NCBI GenBank assembly: GCA_040218735.1
Contig: JAVJQW010000018.1
Span: 275,455-339,454 of the forward strand
Length of the DNA: 64,000 nucleotides
Origin: Deltaproteobacteria bacterium
Lineage (GTDB): Bacteria; Myxococcota; Kuafuiibacteriia; Kuafuiibacteriales; Kuafuiibacteriaceae
Reading direction: 5' to 3'
Each line of letters starts with the position of its first letter. Within the stretch, counting starts at the first letter, position 1. The position numbers were made by a program, and so were the translations under genes. Below, piece after piece: positions 40,597-50,616 of the stretch. Below the pieces are notes generated by a model. It was given only the letters and a program-made list of their open reading frames with translations. It searched no databases and had not been told where the DNA came from.

Positions 40597-41586
40597 CTAC
40601 TTCTTCGACATCTTCGCGAGCGCTTCGCCGAGGTTCGGCTTGGCGAGGCCGCGCTCGGTGGCGATGCCGCGGATCCACGCGGCCGGCGTGACGTCGAAGG
40701 CGGGGTTGCGGACCTTGACGCCCTCCGGGGCGACGCGCACGCCGCGCACCGTCGTGACCTCCTCGGCGTTGCGCTCTTCGATCTCGATCAGGTCGCCGCT
40801 CGCGAGTGACATGTCGACCGTCGACCACGGGGCCGCGACGTAGAACGGGCGGCCGTGGTGATAGAAGAGGCACGCCACGCCGCGGGTGCCGATCTTGTTC
40901 GCGGCGTCGCCGTTCGCGGCGATGCGGTCCGCGCCGGTGACCGCCACGTCGACCTGCTCGGTGGCGAGCAGGTGGGCCACGGCGCCGTCGGCGACGACCG
41001 TGACGTCGACGCCGTCGCGCATCAGCTCCCACGCGGTGAGGCGTGCGCCCTGGAGCACCGGGCGGGTCTCGTCGGCGAACACACGGATGTTCTTCTTCGC
41101 GCGGTGCGCGCCGCGGATCACCGCGAGGGCGGTACCGAGCTCGGCGGTCGCGAGGGCGCCCGCGTTGCAGTGCGTGAGGATCGACGCGCCGTCTTCGATG
41201 ATCTCCTCGCCGATCTTCGCCATCGCTTCGCTCGCGGCGACCTCCTCGTCGTAGATCGCCTGCGCTTCGGTCTCGATCGCTGCGGTGTCGTCCCCCCACT
41301 TCGCCTTCATGCGGTCGAGCGCCCAGAAGAGGTTCACCGCGGTAGGGCGCGTGCGTCGCAGGCGGGCGTCCGCTTCCTCGAACGGAACCCCGGTGCGCGC
41401 CGCGACCGCCATCCCGTACGCGGCGGTGATGCCGATCGCCGGGGCGCCGCGCACCACCATCGTCTCGATCGCACGCGCGACGTCCTCGACCGTGGTGAGG
41501 TCGACGTAGGTCTCCTCCGTGGGGAGCTTGGTCTGGTCGATCAGCGTGACCGTGCCCGGCGCGTAGCGGACGGTGAAGAAAGACAT
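40597..41586 (-). CDS. mtnA: S-methyl-5-thioribose-1-phosphate isomerase
   Basis: IDQTKLP, MVVRGAPAIG, RPTAVNL, LTHCNAGALAT, DETRPVLQGARLT, GADRIAANGDAANKIGT, NPAFDVTP. Confidence 0.96.
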   Translation of the reverse strand: MSFFTVRYAPGTVTLIDQTKLPTEETYVDLTTVEDVARAIETMVVRGAPAIGITAAYGMAVAARTGVPFEEADARLRRTRPTAVNLFWALDRMKAKWGDDTAAIETEAQAIYDEEVAASEAMAKIGEEIIEDGASILTHCNAGALATAELGTALAVIRGAHRAKKNIRVFADETRPVLQGARLTAWELMRDGVDVTVVADGAVAHLLATEQVDVAVTGADRIAANGDAANKIGTRGVACLFYHHGRPFYVAAPWSTVDMSLASGDLIEIEERNAEEVTTVRGVRVAPEGVKVRNPAFDVTPAAWIRGIATERGLAKPNLGEALAKMSKK

Positions 41587-41589
41587 GGT

Positions 41590-43062
41590 TCAGCGCTCCT
41601 TCAGCCGCTCGGCGATCAGCTGGTTCACGAGCGGCGGTTTGGCTTTGCCCTTCGTGGCGCGCATGACCTGGCCCACGAAGAAGCTGATGATCTTCTTGTT
41701 CCCGCCGGCGAGCTTCTCGACCTCGTCGGGGTGTTTGGCGAACAGCTCGTCGACGATGGGACCGAGGACCGCCGGGTCGTCGACCTGGCCGCCCATCGAA
41801 TCCATCAACGCCTTCACGCTGCCACCGTCGCGCCACAGCTTCGCGAACATCTTCTTCTGCTGCGTGGAGCTGATGTCGTCGGCGTCGCGGAGGCGCACCA
41901 GCTCGGCGAGCTCCTCGGGGGAGAGCTTCGAGTCGCGGATGGCCGCCGGGTCGTCCTTCAGCTCGCGGAGGACCTCACCCTTGATGAGGTTCGCGATGCC
42001 GAGCGCAGCCTCGGGGCGCGCGTCGATCGCGGCGTCGAAGTAACGCGCGACGGCCGGCTCGTCGACGAACGCGCGTGCGTGTTCGTCCGGGATGCCGAGG
42101 GTCTCGACGTAGCGTGTGTACTTCGCGGCGGGCAGCTCGCCGATCGTCGCGCGGAGGCGTTCGATGCGCTCCGGCGCCACCACGAGCGGCGGCAGATCGG
42201 GATCCGGAAAGTAGCGGTAGTCGTGCGCCTCTTCCTTGCCGCGCATCGAACGGGTCTCGCGTTTGGCGCTGTCGTAGAGGCGGGTCTCCTGGACGATGGC
42301 GCCGCCGTCGTCGATCACCCGCGCGTGACGGAGGATCTCCACCTCGATCGCCTGCTCCACGTAGCGAAACGAGTTGATGTTCTTCAGCTCGCAGCGCGTA
42401 CCGAGCTCGGTCTCGCCGATCGGGCGGATCGAGACGTTGGCGTCGCAGCGGAACGACCCCTCCTCCATGTTGCCGTCGCAGACCCCCAGCGCGACGAGCA
42501 CGGCCCGAAGCGCGCGCAGGTAGTTGGCGGCGTCTTGCGCGCTGCGCAGATCCGGTTTGCTGACGATCTCGATCAGCGGCACCCCCGCGCGGTTGTAGTC
42601 GACGAGTGACACCGGGGAGCCGGCTTCGTGCGACGTCTTCCCGGCGTCCTCCTCCATGTGGATCCGCTCGATGCGAATCGTGGTGGGGGTGCCGTCCGCG
42701 CCGCGGATCTCGAGGTGGCCGTCGGTGCAGATCGGACGGTCGTACTGCGAGATCTGGTAGCCCTTGGGGAGGTCCGGATAGAAGTACTGCTTGCGCGCCC
42801 ACGTGCTTCGCTCGTGCACTGTGCAGCCGAGCGCGAGGCCGGCGCGCACCGCCATGTCGACCGCGCCCTCGTTGAGCACCGGCAACATGCCCGGCATCCC
42901 GAAGCAGTAGGCGGTGACGAAGTGGTTGGGGCGCTCCGGGTCGTAGGCGTTGGGTGCGTCGCTGAAGAGCTTCGACCGGGTGCTCAGCTGCGCGTGCACC
43001 TCGAGACCGATGACCGCCTCGTAGCGCGAGAGCGCCTCGTCGAGCGTGGCCGCGAACGCCAT
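41590..43062 (-). CDS. gatB: Asp-tRNA(Asn)/Glu-tRNA(Gln) amidotransferase subunit B
   Basis: VIGLEVHAQL, RKQYFYPDLPKGYQISQY, HMEEDAGK, DYNRAGVPLIEIVS, RCDANVS, DYRYFPDPDL. Confidence 0.97.
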   Translation of the reverse strand: MAFAATLDEALSRYEAVIGLEVHAQLSTRSKLFSDAPNAYDPERPNHFVTAYCFGMPGMLPVLNEGAVDMAVRAGLALGCTVHERSTWARKQYFYPDLPKGYQISQYDRPICTDGHLEIRGADGTPTTIRIERIHMEEDAGKTSHEAGSPVSLVDYNRAGVPLIEIVSKPDLRSAQDAANYLRALRAVLVALGVCDGNMEEGSFRCDANVSIRPIGETELGTRCELKNINSFRYVEQAIEVEILRHARVIDDGGAIVQETRLYDSAKRETRSMRGKEEAHDYRYFPDPDLPPLVVAPERIERLRATIGELPAAKYTRYVETLGIPDEHARAFVDEPAVARYFDAAIDARPEAALGIANLIKGEVLRELKDDPAAIRDSKLSPEELAELVRLRDADDISSTQQKKMFAKLWRDGGSVKALMDSMGGQVDDPAVLGPIVDELFAKHPDEVEKLAGGNKKIISFFVGQVMRATKGKAKPPLVNQLIAERLKER

Positions 43063-43091
43063 GCTCCGCGTCGTAGCACGAGTGGCGGCGA

Positions 43092-45194
43092 TTATTCAGC
43101 TGCCGCCGCCCGGAGCAGATCCCCGCAGCCGCCGCAGTGGAGGGGGGCTCTGTTCCAGCGACGGCGCGACAGGTGCACGGGGACCCGCAGCTGGTCACCG
43201 CACCGCCCGCAGTCGAAACACGCAGGGGCGGGGACGCCGCAGCCCGCGCAGAAGTCGTCCGCCGCGCCGAGCCCGTGCCCGCACGCGGCGCAGTACAGGC
43301 CCTCGCGGTCCGGCGCCGCACGCTCCGACGACGCGCGCGCGCCGAGGTCGGTGAGCGCACGCGTCAATGCACGTGCGCGGCTGGCGACGTCCCGTGGCTG
43401 GATCTTGGGGACGGCCGCGTCCGCTTCGTGGAGGACCCGGGCGTGGAGCGCTTCGGCCTCGTCGACGAGCCTTCGAATCTCGGCGGCGAGCGACGCACGT
43501 CCCCGGCGGTTCGAGGCAGAGCGGACCCCTCGATCGCCCCGCGGGGCAGCGTCGCCACGCACGTGCGCGTCGTCGTCGCCGAGCCCGGGCGGGTGTTCGT
43601 CGCCGTGCGTAGGCGTCGAGCGTCGTAAATCGCGACCCGCGACGCCGTGCCCCGCGGCCCGCTCGCGCTCCGCCGACGGGGCCGCTGCAACCGCGTCACT
43701 CAGAACATGGAGCGCCGTCCACATCGCCGCCCACGCGGACTCGTTCGCGCCGCGGAGCGCTTCCGTCGCGGCGTCGAGTCTTTCGGCGTGCTCGCGGACC
43801 CGCACCGCGGCCTCCTCTGCGCGCGACACGCTGTGCGCTTCGTCGCCGTTCGGGAGCACGGCGCGCAGCACCTGGCGGTGACGCACGACTTCGGCGCGCT
43901 CCAACGCGAGGTCCTGCGCCGTGTCGTCGAGCGCCCAGCGCGCGCGGTCGAGGGCTTCGTCGGCCGACGCACGTGCGGCGTCGAGGATGTGTTGCGCCCG
44001 GTCGCGTTCGCGCTGGTGTCGTTCCTTCTCACGCGCGGCTTCACGCGCCACACGATGCTCCGCGCGGCCGGCGCTCCAGCGCCGGTACGTCGCCGTCACG
44101 TACATCAGCGCGCCGACGGCGAAGGTCGTCCACACCACGACGCGATGTGCCGGCCACCCCACCGAAGCGACGACCGCTGCGTAGGTCAGCACCGCGACCG
44201 GCAGCGCGCGGGTGAGCGCGAAGCCCGTCGCCGTCACCCGCGCGACGTGAAAGGTCAGCAGCGGAAGCGCGACGACGGACGCCGCGGCGAGCGCGACGGG
44301 GAGCTCCACACGGAGGCCCAGTACGCCGAGCAACACGAAGAAGGTCGCGTAGTCGAGCGCGAGCAGCGCGAAGTGCGGGAGGCGGAACGTGTCGAGCCGA
44401 CCGGGCGCGCTCCCCTCGCTCGTGAACCAGAACCCCGCCCCGAACAACAGCACGCCGAGCGCGGCGAATCGGAACAGCGCGAGGAGCCGCCCGAGCGGCG
44501 TGTGCACCGGCGCGAGGTCCACGCGGATGGGGCGCGTCGCGACGAGGCGGTCGAAGGACCACTCGAACCGGCGCCCGTCCTGCGAAGTCGGCGCGAGCGC
44601 GTCGGCGGGGATGCGCGCCCACGCGGCTTCGTCGACGTCGAGCACGAAGCGCGCGACCTCCGCGCGTCCGTCGCCGACGAGGTCGTAGACGAAGGCGTCG
44701 CGCCCGATGGCCTGGTAGCGGATGCGGACCTTGGTGGGGATCGACAGGGCCGTGCGCCAGCGGATCGACGACGCGCTGTAGCTGACCTCCGCCGGCTCCT
44801 GGAAGCCGCCTTCACCCTCGACGAGCAGCGCGACGTCGCGCGCTTCCGTGACGCCGGGCGGAAGGTCGAACACCAGCTCGACCGGTTCGGCGCGGTCGGC
44901 TTGTAGCTCGAACTCGCCGGCGAACGTCGCGACGTACTCACTCGCGACATCGACGCCGTCGAGGAACGGTCGCGTGCCGAGCTTCACGTGCACGTCGGAG
45001 CGCGTGATGCGCGGTCGGACGCCCGACGATCCGACGACGGTGAGCGGCTGCTGCGCGATGGCGGCCTTCTTCGGCCGAGGGGGCGAGAGTCGGGACAGGA
45101 CGGCGGGCACGACCACCGCGAGGAGGATCGCGACGATCACCACCACGACGAGGAGCTCGATCAGCGTGAATCCGGCGAGACGACGACGATGCAT
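43092..45194 (-). CDS. Multi-domain membrane protein: prepilin N-methylation motif, CreD-like region, coiled coil, C-terminal zinc ribbons
   Basis: AGFTLIELLVVVVIVAILL; periplasmic beta region then ~6 TM helices; four CxxC pairs at the C-terminus. Confidence 0.7.
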   Translation of the reverse strand: MHRRRLAGFTLIELLVVVVIVAILLAVVVPAVLSRLSPPRPKKAAIAQQPLTVVGSSGVRPRITRSDVHVKLGTRPFLDGVDVASEYVATFAGEFELQADRAEPVELVFDLPPGVTEARDVALLVEGEGGFQEPAEVSYSASSIRWRTALSIPTKVRIRYQAIGRDAFVYDLVGDGRAEVARFVLDVDEAAWARIPADALAPTSQDGRRFEWSFDRLVATRPIRVDLAPVHTPLGRLLALFRFAALGVLLFGAGFWFTSEGSAPGRLDTFRLPHFALLALDYATFFVLLGVLGLRVELPVALAAASVVALPLLTFHVARVTATGFALTRALPVAVLTYAAVVASVGWPAHRVVVWTTFAVGALMYVTATYRRWSAGRAEHRVAREAAREKERHQRERDRAQHILDAARASADEALDRARWALDDTAQDLALERAEVVRHRQVLRAVLPNGDEAHSVSRAEEAAVRVREHAERLDAATEALRGANESAWAAMWTALHVLSDAVAAAPSAERERAAGHGVAGRDLRRSTPTHGDEHPPGLGDDDAHVRGDAAPRGDRGVRSASNRRGRASLAAEIRRLVDEAEALHARVLHEADAAVPKIQPRDVASRARALTRALTDLGARASSERAAPDREGLYCAACGHGLGAADDFCAGCGVPAPACFDCGRCGDQLRVPVHLSRRRWNRAPLHCGGCGDLLRAAAAE

Positions 45195-45251
45195 GGTCGC
45201 GACAACGCAAGAGCGCCGCGCGTCCTTCCGATGACCCAGGTGGGTAACGCG

Positions 45252-45797
45252 CTACGCAGATCGCAGACGGGCGGCGCGGAGGAGGGCGATGATCGTGACG
45301 GAGTCGGTGATGGTCCCGTCGTCTACCATCGCGAGCGCCTCTTCGAACGGCACCGTCTTCACGACGAGCTGCTCGGTGGGATCCGGGTTGGTCGCGGTCT
45401 TCTTCAGGCCACGCGCGAGGAAGAGGTAGCCGGTCTCGGAGGAGAGTGAGTTCGTCAGGTGGAACGGCGCGCCGAGGGGCTCGAGGTGCTCCGCGACGAC
45501 GCCGGCTTCTTCTTCCAGCTCGCGGCGCGCTGCGTCGATCGGCGCTTCGCCTTTCTCGGCGCCGCCCTCCGGAATCTCCCAGGAGTAGGCGTCGAACGCG
45601 TACCGCCACTGACCGACGAGGTAGACCTGGTCGTCGTCCGTCAGCGCGACGACGCCGGTCGCGGCGCACGTCTCGATGACGCCGTAGATGCCTTCCTCGC
45701 CGTCCGGACGCACGACGCGGTCCTCGCGCACCGTCATCCACGGGTTGGTGTAGACGACGCGCGAGGCGAGCGTTCGCCAAGGATTCTCGCCGCTCAT
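45252..45797 (-). CDS. NUDIX hydrolase (ADP-ribose pyrophosphatase-like)
   Basis: Nudix box GGAEKGEAPIDAARRELEEEAG; QWRY...WEIPEG. Confidence 0.93.
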   Translation of the reverse strand: MSGENPWRTLASRVVYTNPWMTVREDRVVRPDGEEGIYGVIETCAATGVVALTDDDQVYLVGQWRYAFDAYSWEIPEGGAEKGEAPIDAARRELEEEAGVVAEHLEPLGAPFHLTNSLSSETGYLFLARGLKKTATNPDPTEQLVVKTVPFEEALAMVDDGTITDSVTIIALLRAARLRSA

Positions 45798-45853
45798 GCG
45801 CGCCTTCTAACACGGGCGATGACGTACGAAGCCCGACGTCCTACCGTGGTCGG

Positions 45854-47179
45854 GTGCAGCTGAGCTTCGAACACGTGCTGACCGAGGAGGGGTGGCGCGA
45901 CGACGTCACGCTCCACATCGACGACGCCACGGGTTTCATCGACGACATGACGTCGGCCAAGGGGCCGTGCACCCCCGGCTTCGTCGTACCCGGCCTGCCG
46001 AACCTGCACTCCCACGCCTTCCAGCGCGCGCTCGCGGGGCGCACCGAGCACCTGGACCCGGGGCGCGAGGATTCGTTCTGGACGTGGCGCACGGAGATGT
46101 ACCGGCTGGCGCTGACGATCACGCCGGAGGACCTCGAAGCGATCGCCGCGCAGCTCTACGTCGAGATGCTCGAGAAGGGGATGACGTGCGTCGGTGAGTT
46201 TCACTACCTGCACCACGCGCCCGACGGTCCGTACGAACAGCGTGACACGATGAGCGCGCGCATCTTCGCCGCCGCGGAGGCGACGGGCATCGCGCTGACA
46301 CACCTGCCGGTGCTCTACATGGCGGGGGGCTTCGATCGGCCCCCGGAGGATCACCAGCGACGCTTCGTCCACGCGGACGTCGACGCGTTCCTCGCGTTGG
46401 TGGAGTCGGCGTCGAAGCACCTCGGGCCCACGTCGCGGATGGGCGTCGCGCCGCACAGCCTGCGCGCGGTTCCGCCCGCGGCGCTCGCGGAGGTCGTCCG
46501 TCACGACGGCCCCGTGCACATCCACATCGCGGAGCAGTCGAAGGAGGTCGAGGACTGCATCGCGCACCTCGGCGACCGCCCCGTGGAGTGGCTCATGGAT
46601 CACGTCGAAGTGACGCGCCGCTTCTGCCTCGTGCACGCCACCCACGTGAACGACGACGAGGTCGTCGCGCTCGCGAAGTCCGGCGCGGTCGCGGGGCTGT
46701 GCCCGACGACGGAGGCGAACCTCGGCGACGGCATCTTCCCGGCGCACGCGTACGTGAAGGAGGGCGGCACGTTCGGCGTCGGCAGCGACAGCCACGTCAC
46801 CGTCAGCGCGTCCGAAGAGCTCCGCCTCCTCGAGTACGGGCAGCGGCTCGTCCGCGAGCGTCGAAACCTGATCGTCGACGGACGTCGCCACGTCGGGACG
46901 GCGCTGTGGGCGCGCGCGGTCGCGGGCGGCGCGCAGGCGCTCGCGCAGCCGGCGGGGGCGATCGCGGTGGGGCGGCGCGCGGATCTCGTGCGCCTCGACC
47001 CGGACCACCCTCGGCTCGTGGGGCACGGCGCCGAAACGGCGCTCGACGCGTGGATCTTCGGGAGCGCGGAGCCCGTCGCGGACGTGTGGGTCGCGGGCCA
47101 GCGCCTCGTCGAGGACGGGCGCCACGTGGCGCGCGAATCCGTCGCGGCGAAGTTCGCCGAGGTGATGCGCCGTCGGTAG
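45854..47179 (+). CDS. hutF: Formimidoylglutamate deiminase
   Basis: PNLHSHAFQRALAG, SFWTWR..MY, EFHYLHH, APHSLRAV, HIHIAEQ..EV, CPTTEANLGDG, GSDSH. Confidence 0.95.
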   Translation: MQLSFEHVLTEEGWRDDVTLHIDDATGFIDDMTSAKGPCTPGFVVPGLPNLHSHAFQRALAGRTEHLDPGREDSFWTWRTEMYRLALTITPEDLEAIAAQLYVEMLEKGMTCVGEFHYLHHAPDGPYEQRDTMSARIFAAAEATGIALTHLPVLYMAGGFDRPPEDHQRRFVHADVDAFLALVESASKHLGPTSRMGVAPHSLRAVPPAALAEVVRHDGPVHIHIAEQSKEVEDCIAHLGDRPVEWLMDHVEVTRRFCLVHATHVNDDEVVALAKSGAVAGLCPTTEANLGDGIFPAHAYVKEGGTFGVGSDSHVTVSASEELRLLEYGQRLVRERRNLIVDGRRHVGTALWARAVAGGAQALAQPAGAIAVGRRADLVRLDPDHPRLVGHGAETALDAWIFGSAEPVADVWVAGQRLVEDGRHVARESVAAKFAEVMRRR

Positions 47180-47239
47180 ATGGTGAGCCCAGCGGGGCCG
47201 CGGTCCGCGACCCCGCCGAGCAGTGCGCTCTCAGCGCGA

Positions 47240-49051
47240 TCAGTAGGAGAGGGGGTAGCCGTCCGCCTCGATCACGGCGGCGGCGATCTTGCGCTTCATC
47301 GGGACGAGCGGCTGCGTGACGTCGAGGTGCAGGCGCTTGAGCTCCATGAAGCGCGTGTACTGGTCCTCGTCCGGGAACAGCTCGACCACGATGCGGCGTG
47401 CGCGCGCCATCGCGCGCTCGTAGATCTCGTGGGCGGCGACCTTCGCGAACATCATGTGCAGCGCCTTCACGCTGTCCTTCGCTTCGGTCTGGGCCTGCAT
47501 CGCGCGCCGCACGACCGTGTCGATCGTGTACGCGTCGATGCACATGTCCGCGAGCATCGTGAGCTGCTCCTGCTCCTTCTCGAGCTCGGTCATCAGTTTC
47601 ATCGCCGCGCTGCCGACCGTGTAGATCGTCGCCTTGCGCACGAGCTCCGCGAGCTGGACCTCCTGCGCGAGCGGCGAGTCGTCGAGGGCCGGCACCGGCG
47701 AAGCCGCGCGGGACAGCGAGCTCTGGATCTCCTGCGTGATGGGCAGGATGTTGAGCTGGCCCTTCATGGCGCGCTTGAGGATCGTGCCCGGGATCAGCAT
47801 CCGGTTGATCTCGTTGGTGCCCTCGAAGATGCGGTTGATGCGGCTGTCGCGGTACGCGCACTCGACCGCGTACTCCTCGCTGTAGCCGTACCCGCCGTGG
47901 ATCTGCACGCCCTCGTCGGCGACGAAGTCCAGCGCCTCGGAGCCCGACACCTTCATGATGGAGGCTTCGATGTTGTACTCCTCGATCGCCTCGACGAGCT
48001 TCTGCGCGCGGTCCACGTCCTCGGACGACACGTTCGCCATCGCGGCGTCGATGTTGCCCGTCGTGCGGTAGCTCGTGGACTCGATCATGTACGTCCGCAC
48101 CGCCATGTCCGCGAGCTTCGTCTGAATCACGCGGAAGTCGGAGAGCGCGGTGCCGAACTGCTTGCGCTCCTTCGCGTACTTCGTCGCGACGCCGAGCACG
48201 CTCTTCGCGCCGCCCATCACCGCGACGCCGAGGCGCAGGCGACCCATGTTGAGGATGTTGAACGCGATCTTGTGGCCCTTGCCCTCCTCGCCGAGGAGGT
48301 TGGCCTTCGGGATCTTCACGTTGTCGAAGGACAGCGCGCAGGTCGACGAGCCGTGGATGCCCATCTTCGGCTCTTCGGCGCCGACCTCGAAGCCCTCGGC
48401 GTCACGCGGCACGAGGAACGCGGAGAACTTCTTGCCGTCGATTTTCGCGAAGACGGTGAACACGTCCGCGATCTGCGCGTTCGTGATCCACATCTTCGAT
48501 CCGTTGAGGACCCAGTGCTGGCCGTCGTCGCTGAGGACCGCGGTGGTCTTCGCGGCGAGCGCGTCGGAGCCGGAGCCTGGCTCGGTGAGCGCGTAGGCGC
48601 CGATCACTTCGGCGGTCGCGAACTTCGGGAGCCACTCGTTCTTGAGCGCCTCGCTGCCGAAGAACACGAGCGGCAACATGCCAATGCCGTTGTGCGCGCC
48701 GAGCGCGACGGAGAAGCTGCCCTGCTTCGCGAGCGCTTCGGAGACGAGGCACGACGTCGTCTTGTCGAGACCGAGCCCGCCGAACTTCTCCGGAATGTCG
48801 ATCATGTGCAGCCCGAGCTCGCCGGCGCGGCGGAGCAGCTCGGGCATCAGGCCTTCCTTCTTGGCCTCGATGTCCTTGTGGAGCGGGACGATCTCTTTTT
48901 CGACGAAGTCGGCAGCGGTGCGATGGAACGCGCGCTGATCGTCACTCAAACGCTCTGCGGTGAAGATGTCTCGGCTCGACGCCGATTCGAGGAGAAAGCC
49001 ACCGCCCGGGAGGAGGTTGTCGGCGGGTTGGGCTTTGGGCTGTGCGACCAT
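47240..49051 (-). CDS. Acyl-CoA dehydrogenase (long, FadE/VLCAD-like)
   Basis: AYALTEPGSGSDA, NGSKMWITN, KMGIHGSST, RKQFG, QIHGGYGY, RINRIFEGTNEINR. Confidence 0.96.
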   Translation of the reverse strand: MVAQPKAQPADNLLPGGGFLLESASSRDIFTAERLSDDQRAFHRTAADFVEKEIVPLHKDIEAKKEGLMPELLRRAGELGLHMIDIPEKFGGLGLDKTTSCLVSEALAKQGSFSVALGAHNGIGMLPLVFFGSEALKNEWLPKFATAEVIGAYALTEPGSGSDALAAKTTAVLSDDGQHWVLNGSKMWITNAQIADVFTVFAKIDGKKFSAFLVPRDAEGFEVGAEEPKMGIHGSSTCALSFDNVKIPKANLLGEEGKGHKIAFNILNMGRLRLGVAVMGGAKSVLGVATKYAKERKQFGTALSDFRVIQTKLADMAVRTYMIESTSYRTTGNIDAAMANVSSEDVDRAQKLVEAIEEYNIEASIMKVSGSEALDFVADEGVQIHGGYGYSEEYAVECAYRDSRINRIFEGTNEINRMLIPGTILKRAMKGQLNILPITQEIQSSLSRAASPVPALDDSPLAQEVQLAELVRKATIYTVGSAAMKLMTELEKEQEQLTMLADMCIDAYTIDTVVRRAMQAQTEAKDSVKALHMMFAKVAAHEIYERAMARARRIVVELFPDEDQYTRFMELKRLHLDVTQPLVPMKRKIAAAVIEADGYPLSY

Positions 49052-49193
49052 GCGAAAGGACTCCCTACGAAATGAAAGTTGATTGACGAGTCAACATATA
49101 GCGTCGACGCCGTGCCGCGCTGTGTCAACGACCAGGCGCGCGCGTGGCCGAAAATTGGACGGCGTGGCGGTGCTGGTGTTCTGTGGTCACACC

Positions 49194-50579
49194 ATGTCGC
49201 ACGTCTCCTACGAATCCGCACCCGCCGCCGACACGTTCATCGGACCCGTCCTGTTCCCCGACGGCACCGACCGCCGCGCGAGCGCGCGCGTCCCGCTGTC
49301 CTCGCGGGTGCGCATCGGACCGCCCGGAGGCCTCCCCACGTCGCTGGTGAGCGCGAGTGATCTGTCCGCCGGTGGCCTGTTCATCGACGCCGACCGCGAG
49401 GTCCGCGTCGGCGCGCGGTTCTCCGTCGACGTCCCGCTCGAGGACGGCTCGCGCGTGTACATCGCGGAGGCGGAGGTCGCGTACAACCGCGACCGTGCGT
49501 CGAGCAGCGGCTTCGGCGTTCGCTTCGTGGGGATCGATCCCGACGCCGAGCGCCTCATCCAGCAGGCCATCGAGAAGATCACCGGCTTCACGACCGACGT
49601 CATCGATCGCCCGCGCAAGAACCGGCGCACGCAGCGCCCCGAGCTGTCGGGGCTCCCCACGATCGTCCCGACGCCGATGACGTCCGTGCTCCCCGAGCCG
49701 TCGATCATCGACGAGAGCGTGGTGCTCGACGCGACGCTCGACCTGTCGGACGAGCGCGAGCCGGCGCGACCCAACCGTTGGGCCGGCGTCTCGCAGCGCT
49801 TCGGCGACACGGTGCACGACTGGCGCCTCGCGATCGGCGAGCGCGTCCGCCGCGCGCCGCGCTACGCGCAGGGCATCGCGTTCATCGGCGCCGCGGCGCT
49901 GACCCTGGCCGTGGCGATCACGCTGTGGAGCGGTGGCAACGCCAACGCCGTCGAGCCGGCGGACAACGACGGCCCGAGCGTCCCCACGTCGACGCACCAG
50001 GTGCTGATGGGCCAGGCGCCGATCGACGCGCTCGACGCCGAACCCACCGCGCCCGAGCTCGTGCAGCCGACGACCAAGACCAAGAAGGTGAAGCTGCCGC
50101 CGCTCGTGCGCCTCGACGAGCCGGAGCCCGCGCCCACCGCGAAGCCCGAGGCCCCGAAGCCCGCGCTCGCGAAGCCGGTGATCGCGAAGGCCGCGCCCGA
50201 GGTCGAAGCGGCTCCGGCGAAGAAGCCCGAGCCGAAGAAGGCGGAGGCCAAGGAGCCCAAGGCCGAGGCGCCCGCGGCGAAGGTCTCGTCCGCGGCGCGT
50301 GCGATCCTCGGCACGAGCGACGACCGGGTCTCCATCCCGCTCGCGCCCGGCGCGCGGGTGCTGAAGACCCACGTCCTGAAGCAGCCGGAGCGCTACGTGA
50401 TCGACGTGGTCGACCAGCCGTGCCCGCTCACCAACGTCGCGCCGACCGGCGCCGTGGAGCGCATTCGTTCGGCGCGGCACCCGGAGTACTGCCGCATCGT
50501 GATGGACCTGGCGCAGCCGCTCGACGCCGCGCGCTACTCGGTGTCGGGCGACACGCTCGTCGTCACGCTCACCTACTGA
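49194..50579 (+). CDS. PilZ domain - TM - Pro/Lys-rich linker - AMIN-like domain protein
   Basis: RRASAR (RxxxR) and DLSAGG (DxSxxG); one TM helix; C-terminal LKQPERYVIDV...RIRSARHPEYCRIVMDL. Confidence 0.8.
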   Translation: MSHVSYESAPAADTFIGPVLFPDGTDRRASARVPLSSRVRIGPPGGLPTSLVSASDLSAGGLFIDADREVRVGARFSVDVPLEDGSRVYIAEAEVAYNRDRASSSGFGVRFVGIDPDAERLIQQAIEKITGFTTDVIDRPRKNRRTQRPELSGLPTIVPTPMTSVLPEPSIIDESVVLDATLDLSDEREPARPNRWAGVSQRFGDTVHDWRLAIGERVRRAPRYAQGIAFIGAAALTLAVAITLWSGGNANAVEPADNDGPSVPTSTHQVLMGQAPIDALDAEPTAPELVQPTTKTKKVKLPPLVRLDEPEPAPTAKPEAPKPALAKPVIAKAAPEVEAAPAKKPEPKKAEAKEPKAEAPAAKVSSAARAILGTSDDRVSIPLAPGARVLKTHVLKQPERYVIDVVDQPCPLTNVAPTGAVERIRSARHPEYCRIVMDLAQPLDAARYSVSGDTLVVTLTY

Positions 50580-50616
50580 CGTTGCGCGTAGCGCCGCGTC
50601 GCCCGACGATGTCCAG

